The position numbers were made by a program, and so were the translations under genes. A stretch of 57,229 nt of DNA from a virus. Location of the stretch: the IMG/VR virus record IMGVR_UViG_3300031933_000210; one strand, 5' to 3'. The notes under the pieces were generated by a model, which was given only the letters and a program-made list of their open reading frames with translations, was not told where the DNA came from and ran no database searches. Positions 25,844 through 33,258 of this stretch are shown here, piece after piece (the first letter of the stretch is position 1; each line of letters opens with the position of its first letter).

Positions 25844-27509
25844 CGGTCTTTTCCTCTTTGTCTTCGCTGCGTGGTCCGTCGCCCGTATCGCTCGGGGTGC
25901 CGCTGGCGGCGTTCATCTGATTCTTGCTGGACTTGTCCGCGCCGAATTCCAGCTCGTGCTTCTCGGCAGCTTTCTTCTCGCGAGCCAGCTGGTTGAACAC
26001 GACGCGCCAATCTTTGCCGAGCTTGGCCAGCTCATCCTCACGGGTGGACAGGCCGTTGTTCACACGCAGGACCGCAGCCTGGGTTTCCTTCAGCTCATCG
26101 ATCTGCCCGGTGCTGGCGCCGATCCACTCGCAGGAGCTGTAAGCCTCCTGATTAAGCCCCTCGTACCAGTTCGGAGCCTTGCGCGGCAGCGAAGTGATCT
26201 CGCCGGAGTTGATCGCCTCCTCCAGCCACAAGCGGTAGAAGGTGCTGGCGAATCGGTCGGCGACCTGGCGCTTCTGCACTCGCATGCGCTTGCCGGTCTC
26301 AGCCATGGCCGCACGCAGGTTCGAGTAGTTGGCGCTGCTGTAATCCTTCGACAGCTGCTCATAGCTGACCCCAAGGGACGCTGCGATGTAGCGCAGCATC
26401 GACGCCTCGAAGTCGGAACCGACGCCACCGGGCGTGCCGGCGTTCTGCAGCTTCATCTTGGTGCCCGGGTAGAACACCGGCACCTTGACGCCATCGAGGC
26501 GGATGTTGCGCGACCCGCCGACGTACTTGGCCACCTCGCCGAGGTAGGTATTGGCAAAGCCGGTCAGCGCTTGCGGGTCGCCGCCGCCGGCCTGTGCCAG
26601 CGCCACATCACTGGGCAGGTCGGATTCGATGCTGGCCGCATAGCTCGCATTGAGCACCGCCGACTGCAGCACGACATCGCGAAACTTCTTGGTCATCCGC
26701 ATCTCTTTCAGCGCGGAGACCATGCTGGCGACGCCGCGGCTCTGATCCGGGCGCCACTGATCGACGATGTGAATCATTTGCGGGCGGTCCCAGCCGGGAT
26801 TGCCGGTGACCTGACCACGAGTGGCCGGAACGAACTTCCAGCTGTAGCCGTCCGGGTTCATCCAGTCGCTCGGATGTGCCTGGCGAATCCAGTAGCCGAT
26901 GGGTGCACCGAACTTGTCCCGCTGCACGCCGCCGCGCAGGGTTGGGCTGTCCATCTCGCCTTGAGGGTTGCTCAGCCGATCAAGGTCCAGCATCTGCAGC
27001 GCAGTGCGGTACGGACGGTAGCCGTTGCGCATCCATTCAACCGACGCCAGGACCTCGCCGGCCATCGCATGGATGCCAACCGCCAGGCGGACCATCCCGG
27101 TGAGTGTCAACTTGCGGGCTGCGTCCGGGAAATTTCGGATCGACTCGGCGTATAGAGTGAACTTGGCTTCGACCTCCTCCTGAAACTCTTCCGCCCAGAC
27201 CTCATCCAGCCCCAGCACCTTGTAGTTCGGCTTGCTGTTGAGCAGGAACATCTCGCCGACGATGGAATCCTTCTGGATCGTCGCGCCGTTCTGGACATAG
27301 GAGTCGTTGCGCAGGGTGTCGCGCACACGGGAATCCATCACCAGCTTGTCCGGGAGGATGTCCATGTCAGCGGACTGCAGCGGGGACGACCACAACGACA
27401 GCTCACGCGAATGGTGGCTGGACGCATCGTAGGCGCCCCGCGCAGCCATCTCCCTGACCGGCAGCTCACCGATCAGGGGGTCGAGATAATCCATGGCGGA
27501 AAGGTCCAT
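25836..27509 (-). CDS. portal protein (lambda gpB type)
   Basis: 557 aa, between the gpW-like protein and the protease. Confidence 0.8.
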   Translation of the reverse strand: MDLSAMDYLDPLIGELPVREMAARGAYDASSHHSRELSLWSSPLQSADMDILPDKLVMDSRVRDTLRNDSYVQNGATIQKDSIVGEMFLLNSKPNYKVLGLDEVWAEEFQEEVEAKFTLYAESIRNFPDAARKLTLTGMVRLAVGIHAMAGEVLASVEWMRNGYRPYRTALQMLDLDRLSNPQGEMDSPTLRGGVQRDKFGAPIGYWIRQAHPSDWMNPDGYSWKFVPATRGQVTGNPGWDRPQMIHIVDQWRPDQSRGVASMVSALKEMRMTKKFRDVVLQSAVLNASYAASIESDLPSDVALAQAGGGDPQALTGFANTYLGEVAKYVGGSRNIRLDGVKVPVFYPGTKMKLQNAGTPGGVGSDFEASMLRYIAASLGVSYEQLSKDYSSANYSNLRAAMAETGKRMRVQKRQVADRFASTFYRLWLEEAINSGEITSLPRKAPNWYEGLNQEAYSSCEWIGASTGQIDELKETQAAVLRVNNGLSTREDELAKLGKDWRVVFNQLAREKKAAEKHELEFGADKSSKNQMNAASGTPSDTGDGPRSEDKEEKTDE

Positions 27510-27727
27510 CAGAACCAGACCCTCCCTGGGCCGACGGAGCCAGCTGGAATGAGCCCCAGCTGCGACTTCAGCGAGTGGATGTAGCCGAGCAGCCTTGAGG
27601 CATTGGCCGGGGTGTAGCGGATCAGCTCGCCGTTCTGGTCGCGGAATTCGGCGACGGATTGGCCGGTCATCAGGCTGTGATATGCCTGCTCGGCTTCTTC
27701 CAACTGACGTTGCAGGTCTACAGCCAT
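27509..27727 (-). CDS. head-tail joining protein gpW-like
   Basis: About 72 aa. LEEAEQAYHSLMTG..V.EF.D.NGE...YT.AN...L..YI..L resembles lambda W. Confidence 0.7.
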   Translation of the reverse strand: MAVDLQRQLEEAEQAYHSLMTGQSVAEFRDQNGELIRYTPANASRLLGYIHSLKSQLGLIPAGSVGPGRVWF

Positions 27728-27808
27728 GCGGCCCCCGACGGCGAATACGGTTCTGTTCGGCCGAATCGTATCAACCATCGGTCGTATATAAAACCGAAAG
27801 TTGATTCG

Positions 27809-29923
27809 CTAAGCGAGCAGAGCCGCCAACTCTTCCAGAGTTTGCCCCTTCGGTTCAGCGATCACACCGGCCTTGCGCTCCTCGGGGAAGAAGACCAGGT
27901 CGTTGTCGCCCCACTCTGCAGCCCATCCCGGTGGGTTGTTCCAGTCCAGGTGCTCGATCTTGATCGGGCGATAGAGCGACAGCGCAATGGCGTACACCAG
28001 CAAGTCCCACGCTTCGTTTCGCGGCGACTTCTTCACCCAGCCGTCGGCATTGCGCACCTCGGCCACCATCTCGGCGAACCACCAGTCAGGGAGCCAGTCG
28101 GGCATATTGATCCGTCCGCCGCCGGCACTCGTGCGATCGAGCATAACGTTCAGCTGGTCCTTGAGGGCCAGCGTGTTGATCATCAGCACCGGAATCTCGC
28201 CTCGCGCGCCGGCACTGCGGTCCTTTCGCTCGGAATCCGGATAGCTGATCTGCACCCGCGGTGCGGTCTTGTTGGAGCCGCCCTTGAGCAGCCTGAAGCG
28301 GTTATGCAGCCCTGCCGGGAACTCGCTGCCATCCGAGTCGCGCAGCATCCGCCAGAACAGGTAGGCGTTCTTGGTCGTCGAGCTGTCGTTCTTCTTGTCA
28401 CCCTTACCCGCCGAGTCGCAGCCCACGACCTTGATCGACATGTGCCGGCCGGAGCCATCAGCCAGGGGGTAAGTCTTGAGGATCACCTGGTCGATGAGCA
28501 GCTTCCAGTCCTCGACATAGGACGCAGGCTTCACCCACTCGCGCTCACCGTCCTCGTCCTTGCGATCGGACTTCTTGATAGCGAAGCGGTCGATGACCGT
28601 GATGTCCCCGCCTTCGCTGAAGCCCATGACCTGGACTTCGAAGCGACCACCTTGCACGTCGACAGCGGCCACCAGGAAGCGCACCCCCTCCGGCACCACT
28701 TTCTCGCCGAGATCGCGCGCCATGGCCTTCACGTCTTCCCAAAGGCGCCCCTCGTCCAAACCCTTCGGCCGGAACGGTAGTCCCTGGTCGGTGTTGACCG
28801 TGGTCTTCAGCGCCTCCTGGCTTCCGGTGCGCTCATACTCCTCGTCCGCCTTCAGGTATTTCAGCGCCAGATCGCGCCAGGTAGTGAACGCGGCAGCAGG
28901 CCCTTTCATCCAGAAGCTGGCGATGTCGGAGCGGAAGGGCAAACCTTCGACCCGGTTCTCCCGCGGCACCCATATCTCACCGTCGCGAACCCACCGGGCA
29001 TTACCCTCGGTGATCTGGTTCAACTCGTTCTTGCCGGGCACGCCATCCTTGCCGTCATGCCAGATGATGCCGGCGCAGTGTGGGCACACCATTACGGTCG
29101 CCTCGGCGGCCTCGACGTGATCCTTCGAATCAGGAATGTGCAGCAGCTTGAAATCGGGCTCGAACGGATTCCTGCAGTGAGGGCACTTCCAGTACCAGCG
29201 GCGACGGTCACCACGGTTGTACAGCGCGAGGATACCCTTCGTCGGCGGCGCCTCATGCGGAGTCTTCGGTACCCACTTGGGGTCCTCGATCTCGTAGCCC
29301 GGGCTCGACTCGGCAACGGTCATCGCGTTGCGGCGGAATGTCTGGCCGCGCTTGGCAGTCAGGTCGTAGGCGTTACCTTCCCCGTCGATGGATTCGTCGA
29401 TGCGGTCATAGTCTGAAATCCAGTTGCGGCCCACGGTCTTACCCGAGAGCTCGCTGATGGTCGGCCACTTGACCAGAAGGTGCATGCCTGACAGGAAGCG
29501 GATCGAGTGGGTGGACTGGTTCTGCCGGCCGGGCGCAACTGTCTTGCCCAGCTCCTTCGAATGGCGAAAGGCCCGGCGAAGGTCCTTCTGGCTCCAGTCG
29601 CGAGCGACGTTCTGCGTCATCAGGACGTGCATCATGTCCGCGGGATCGAAGATCGCCGTATGGCACAGCCAGTTGAAGAACATATCAGACTTCCCCGTCC
29701 GGGCCGGGCCGGCGAAGATCATGCCGAGGTATTCCAAGCTGGTCAGCACCTCCATGGGCTCGACCAGATACGGGGCGATGCTGTTGTCCCAGAAGCCGAC
29801 GTAGCTGCCAGGGTTGTTGAGGTAGCGTGACCGCTCGGCCGCCTGGGCGACCGTCAGGCGTTCTGGAGGTCGGATGCCACCGGCAGACGCTGCGATCATC
29901 TGCTCAAGGGATTCGAAGATCAC
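27809..29923 (-). CDS. terL: terminase large subunit (lambda gpA type)
   Basis: 704 aa. P-loop AGPARTGKS. CPHCRNPF...CPHCAG zinc-finger pair typical of the GpA family. Confidence 0.9.
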   Translation of the reverse strand: MIFESLEQMIAASAGGIRPPERLTVAQAAERSRYLNNPGSYVGFWDNSIAPYLVEPMEVLTSLEYLGMIFAGPARTGKSDMFFNWLCHTAIFDPADMMHVLMTQNVARDWSQKDLRRAFRHSKELGKTVAPGRQNQSTHSIRFLSGMHLLVKWPTISELSGKTVGRNWISDYDRIDESIDGEGNAYDLTAKRGQTFRRNAMTVAESSPGYEIEDPKWVPKTPHEAPPTKGILALYNRGDRRRWYWKCPHCRNPFEPDFKLLHIPDSKDHVEAAEATVMVCPHCAGIIWHDGKDGVPGKNELNQITEGNARWVRDGEIWVPRENRVEGLPFRSDIASFWMKGPAAAFTTWRDLALKYLKADEEYERTGSQEALKTTVNTDQGLPFRPKGLDEGRLWEDVKAMARDLGEKVVPEGVRFLVAAVDVQGGRFEVQVMGFSEGGDITVIDRFAIKKSDRKDEDGEREWVKPASYVEDWKLLIDQVILKTYPLADGSGRHMSIKVVGCDSAGKGDKKNDSSTTKNAYLFWRMLRDSDGSEFPAGLHNRFRLLKGGSNKTAPRVQISYPDSERKDRSAGARGEIPVLMINTLALKDQLNVMLDRTSAGGGRINMPDWLPDWWFAEMVAEVRNADGWVKKSPRNEAWDLLVYAIALSLYRPIKIEHLDWNNPPGWAAEWGDNDLVFFPEERKAGVIAEPKGQTLEELAALLA

Positions 29924-30606
29924 TCGGAGGAGCCCTCACTGCCCTCTGGGGCAGCACCCTCTTCCGCGATCGACGGTAGCGTCTTGCCGCTCTTCGGCGC
30001 CTCCACCATCAGGTGGTAGACGTTCTCCAGCAAGCGGTCAGTGAGCTGGGTGATCAGCAGACGCTGTTCAGGCGTCAGGCCCTCGATCCGCTCCACCTCC
30101 TCCACCCAGAGGTTGGCCGTCGTCTTGAACGAGATGGCAAGGTCACCGAACACCTTCAGCACATCCTCGCTGCGCCAGAGATCGCGGGCGTTTTCCTCCC
30201 ACTTCTGCCGCTTGATCATCGCCGACCAGTAGGCATCGTTGAGCATCGGCGGCAGGTCATTCGGGCGCAGCGTCTTGATATACGCGACGAGATCGACTTT
30301 GGGCTTCACCAGATACGCGGCTGCGTCGGGGATGCGGTACAGCGGCCCGCCGTTTCGACGGCCAACGACTTCGCAGCCGGCGCTGGCGAGCTTCTTGGCG
30401 ATGGTGTTCTTGTCGTGACCGAAAACCTGGGCGAGCCAGCTGGCGCTAACGCCGCCGTAGACATCCGCCAGGGCGGTGCTGATCGGTTCCAATGACTCCT
30501 CATCTGCAGCCGGCACCGAGCCAATCAGGTCGTCGTCATCGATCTCGACCGGAGGCTTGGCCTTTGGTGGTCTGCCGCGTCTCTTGGGCGCCGTTTTTGG
30601 GGCCAT
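29920..30606 (-). CDS. terS: terminase small subunit
   Basis: 4-nt overlap with terL. Basic N-terminus (KRRGRPPKAK) and an HTH-like region. Start chosen at MAPKTAP. Confidence 0.65.
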   Translation of the reverse strand: MAPKTAPKRRGRPPKAKPPVEIDDDDLIGSVPAADEESLEPISTALADVYGGVSASWLAQVFGHDKNTIAKKLASAGCEVVGRRNGGPLYRIPDAAAYLVKPKVDLVAYIKTLRPNDLPPMLNDAYWSAMIKRQKWEENARDLWRSEDVLKVFGDLAISFKTTANLWVEEVERIEGLTPEQRLLITQLTDRLLENVYHLMVEAPKSGKTLPSIAEEGAAPEGSEGSSE

Positions 30607-30622
30607 GGTTATCTCCGGAATA

Positions 30623-30639
30623 ATCAACCAACGGTTGAA
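30623..30639. promoter_or_regulatory. TTCAACC-family motif, palindromic form (ATCAACCAACGGTTGAA)
   Basis: Fills the 35-nt gap between the methyltransferase stop and the terS Shine-Dalgarno sequence and ATG. Confidence 0.65.
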
Positions 30640-30641
30640 AC

Positions 30642-31727
30642 CTAGATCAAAGGATCAAGCTCGATCAGATCAGCTCGTCCAACTCCACGCTCGATGTCGA
30701 GGAACGCGCCGATGAACTGGGTCGCCGCTTCCGCGTTGATCGCGTTTCCGTAGGCGCGCAATCGCACCACTCGGCTGGCAGCCCCATGAGCCAGCGGGAA
30801 TGTGCCGGATTCAACTGGCCGCCACTTTCCGTCCCGGCAGCTGAGCCAGTCAGCATCTCGCCAGATACCGTTAACCGCGCCGGGCCTATCAGTTGCACTT
30901 GGTGTGGCAGGCATGTCACCGAGTTTCCGCAGCTGACCTTCTCCTTCCGTGCTAGCGCCTGATCCGGCGTCCCTCCGGGAGTATTTGCCGTTGGCGTCTG
31001 CCAGCCCACCAACGTGAATGCCTGCTCGCTCAGAGGCTTCCCCCGACTCTGCTCCAGCCTCTGCTCCAGCCTCTGCTCCAGGAACTCCGTGGAGGCGGAT
31101 GCGCTCTTCCAGTCTCGAGCTGAAGGCGTTGCCCAAGAGGCGAACTGAGCAACTGCTGTCAGTTCCGGCTTCGGCGCGCCGTCCTTGCGATACCCCGGTA
31201 AGCCCCGCGAATCCGACGCTGTCGCTGTCGGCCACCCAGAACAATCTGTCACGGATGTGCGGAGCACCGACGCCCGCAGACGGAAACGGGACACCCCCGA
31301 AGGCGTAACCCAGGGCTTCCAGGTCAGCTTGTACAAGGTCGACCCAAGGCTCGACAGCCTTGCCTGCAACCTGCTCTCCAAAGAGGACTGGAGGGCGGCA
31401 CTGCTGGATGAGCCAATGGAAGTCTGGCCATAGGTGCCGCTCGTCAGCAAACCCTTCTTGCGCGCCTGCGCTGCTGAAAGGCTGGCACGGGCAGGAACCG
31501 GTCCAGACTGGACGGGAATCGTCCCAACCAGCTCGTCGTAGGGCGTATGACCAGACACCGATACCGGCGAAGAAGTGACACTGGGTGTAGCCGCGCAGAT
31601 CGTCTGGAGAGACATCGCTGATGCTCCTTTCATCGACATCGCCTGGGGCGATCAGACCTCGGGCGATAAGGTTGCGGAGCCACTGGGCAGCTTGCTTGTC
31701 GATTTCGTTGTAGTAGGCACGCGCCAT
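30642..31727 (-). CDS. DNA (cytosine-5)-methyltransferase
   Basis: FAGIGVWS (motif I-like), PCQPFS (IV), GEQV (VI), APHIRDRLFWV (VIII) and C-terminal LRAYGNAI (X). N-terminal AYYNEIDK...WLRNLI. Start chosen at MARAYYNE. Confidence 0.85.
   Translation of the reverse strand: MARAYYNEIDKQAAQWLRNLIARGLIAPGDVDERSISDVSPDDLRGYTQCHFFAGIGVWSYALRRAGWDDSRPVWTGSCPCQPFSSAGAQEGFADERHLWPDFHWLIQQCRPPVLFGEQVAGKAVEPWVDLVQADLEALGYAFGGVPFPSAGVGAPHIRDRLFWVADSDSVGFAGLTGVSQGRRAEAGTDSSCSVRLLGNAFSSRLEERIRLHGVPGAEAGAEAGAESGEASERAGIHVGGLADANGKYSRRDAGSGASTEGEGQLRKLGDMPATPSATDRPGAVNGIWRDADWLSCRDGKWRPVESGTFPLAHGAASRVVRLRAYGNAINAEAATQFIGAFLDIERGVGRADLIELDPLI
30665..31615 (-). CDS. overprinted +1-frame ORF inside the methyltransferase gene (WxTP-repeat protein)
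   Basis: The frame is open from 31639 to 30665. AAGGAG lies 8 nt upstream of the ATG at 31615. Contains GWPTATASD, SWATPSARDW, GWQTPTANTPGG and LNPAHSRWLMGLPAEW. Has its own ELDELI-TGA end. Confidence 0.5.
   Translation of the reverse strand: MSLQTICAATPSVTSSPVSVSGHTPYDELVGTIPVQSGPVPARASLSAAQARKKGLLTSGTYGQTSIGSSSSAALQSSLESRLQARLSSLGSTLYKLTWKPWVTPSGVSRFRLRASVLRTSVTDCSGWPTATASDSRGLPGYRKDGAPKPELTAVAQFASWATPSARDWKSASASTEFLEQRLEQRLEQSRGKPLSEQAFTLVGWQTPTANTPGGTPDQALARKEKVSCGNSVTCLPHQVQLIGPARLTVSGEMLTGSAAGTESGGQLNPAHSRWLMGLPAEWCDCAPTETRSTRKRRPSSSARSSTSSVELDELI
31047..31081. repeat. 12-bp tandem repeat (CTCTGCTCCAGC, about 2.9 copies)
   Basis: Read directly from the sequence. Gives GAEAGAEAGAE in the methyltransferase frame and RLEQRLEQ in the +1 frame. 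Confidence 0.9.
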
Positions 31728-31784
31728 AACACTGCTCGCATGAGGCTCGTAAAGGCGCCATCGTACCAACCGCACGAGTGACTA

Positions 31785-31801
31785 TTCAACTATTGGTTGA
31801 A
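31785..31801. promoter_or_regulatory. TTCAACC-family motif, palindromic form (TTCAACTATTGGTTGAA)
   Basis: Lies between the endolysin stop and the methyltransferase start. Confidence 0.7.
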
Positions 31802-31803
31802 TC

Positions 31804-32352
31804 TCAGATCACGACACGGGCGCGGACCCAGCCGTAGAGGAATGTCCTCTGGTCAGAGTCGTGCTCGGTGAGTTCGAGGTACCGGTTGCCCTGGGTACAG
31901 TTGAGGGCACGAAGCAGGACCCCCTCGCCTTCCCGGCCACGCTTCGCGAGGAAACGATCGAGCGCGTTGAGGCTGATATCGCCAATGCGGCCATCCACGA
32001 ACAGGTCGTCATAACCGCTGCCCGGTAAATTGAAGCCATTCAACCAGCGCTGCAGGAACTCAGCGGCTCGGTGCGGCCCCATGTTCACTCCGGTGTCGAC
32101 CAGTTCCTCGCCGATGAGCGTGGAGCGCAGCAGCACCTTATCGAACCTGGGCTCGACGACGAAGCGGTTGCGGTAGATGTGCTCGGCCAGGGTTCGCGGC
32201 ATGTCGCGCATGTCACCCTGGTAGCCGTTGGCGCGGGCGACGGCACGGGTGATCCCGTACATCGTCTCACCGCCGCGGTCGGACTTGTGATTCGAATACC
32301 GGCCCTCTGCGTCGATGACCGCTGCGATGATGTTGTCGATCTGCTTGCTCAT
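31804..32352 (-). CDS. endolysin, GH108-type muramidase with a PG_binding_3-like C-terminus
   Basis: IDAEGRYSNHKSDRGGETMYGIT matches the EGGY.nhp.D.GG.T..GIT signature of GH108. Start chosen at MSKQID. Confidence 0.8.
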   Translation of the reverse strand: MSKQIDNIIAAVIDAEGRYSNHKSDRGGETMYGITRAVARANGYQGDMRDMPRTLAEHIYRNRFVVEPRFDKVLLRSTLIGEELVDTGVNMGPHRAAEFLQRWLNGFNLPGSGYDDLFVDGRIGDISLNALDRFLAKRGREGEGVLLRALNCTQGNRYLELTEHDSDQRTFLYGWVRARVVI

Positions 32353-32364
32353 GGCGCCACTCAC

Positions 32365-32380
32365 GGTTGAATACTCAACC
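32365..32380. promoter_or_regulatory. TTCAACC-family motif, half-sites in everted order (GGTTGAATACTCAACC)
   Basis: Lies 13 nt upstream of the endolysin ATG on the minus strand. Confidence 0.55.
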
Positions 32381-32423
32381 AACCGTACTTGTGGCCGCGG
32401 AACCTGTCGACGCGATATTCGAC

Positions 32424-33077
32424 TCAGTGCTTGTCGGTGACCAGCTTCCAGCGATCCTCGCCCGTATAGTAGTGCGTGCCCGACTCCTTCACTTCAACGG
32501 CCAGGTAGCCGCCACGGCGCACGCCGTGTTTCTCGATGAGATCGTGAGGCATGTGAATGAAGCGTATGTCGAACGGACCTTTCGGGATTGCACCGATCAC
32601 AGCGCAACGCTCGTATTCGTTGGGAATATAGAAGCGTAACAGGCCAGCCTCCACTGTTTGCGCGGTCGCAACATGGTAATAGGTCTGGGTACCCTCGCGG
32701 ATGCTGTGAAAACTGACGAACTCAGCCAGGGGATCACCCTCGGCTGGGAAGGCGCAGGTGCCGCCATTGAGCTGCACAAGTCCCATGAAAACGTTAACTG
32801 CACCGGCCATCTGGGCGCTGTGCTGCTTACGCTCTTTCACTTCCATGTTGGGCGTGATGCCCAGCGCCAACCACGATTCGTCAACACCGAGAACCTTGGC
32901 GAGCTTACCCATCATGCTGGGGCGCGGACGCGAACCTGCGAACCACTTGCGCACGGCCTCGGCGCTCACACCCATCTCATCCTTGAGCCATGTCTGGCGG
33001 CCTTTGCCGAATGTCGGAACTCGACTGTTGCCGTCGCATGCCACCTTCAGCCGGTTGGCGAATCCTAAATCGGCCAT
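32424..33077 (-). CDS. XRE/CI-like repressor (HTH N-domain, non-peptidase C-domain)
   Basis: N-terminus FANRLKVA...MGVSAEAVRKWFAGSRPRPSMMGKLAKVLGVDESWLALG is a classic HTH_3 domain. No S24 Ser-Lys signature is seen in the C-terminal 130 aa. Confidence 0.7.
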   Translation of the reverse strand: MADLGFANRLKVACDGNSRVPTFGKGRQTWLKDEMGVSAEAVRKWFAGSRPRPSMMGKLAKVLGVDESWLALGITPNMEVKERKQHSAQMAGAVNVFMGLVQLNGGTCAFPAEGDPLAEFVSFHSIREGTQTYYHVATAQTVEAGLLRFYIPNEYERCAVIGAIPKGPFDIRFIHMPHDLIEKHGVRRGGYLAVEVKESGTHYYTGEDRWKLVTDKH

Positions 33078-33153
33078 GGTTTTCCCCCTCCTTCGGGTTT
33101 ATCGACAGCGTGTCGGCCACACGCGCGGTAGCACTCGGTGGCCGAAACCGCTA

Positions 33154-33233
33154 TTCAACTATCTGTTGACTTGATGTTGAACTATCCAACAACGGTGTCA
33201 ATTCTTTTTTGCGTAAATTGACAAACATTCAAC
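33154..33233. promoter_or_regulatory. operator/promoter region upstream of the repressor gene
   Basis: Cluster of TTCAAC/GTTGAA half-sites (33154, 33165, 33176, 33185, 33228) plus an 8-bp inverted repeat TGTCAATT-N12-AATTGACA (33196-33223). Confidence 0.55.
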
Positions 33234-33258
33234 AGAAAGGGGGATATTGACCGCCAGG

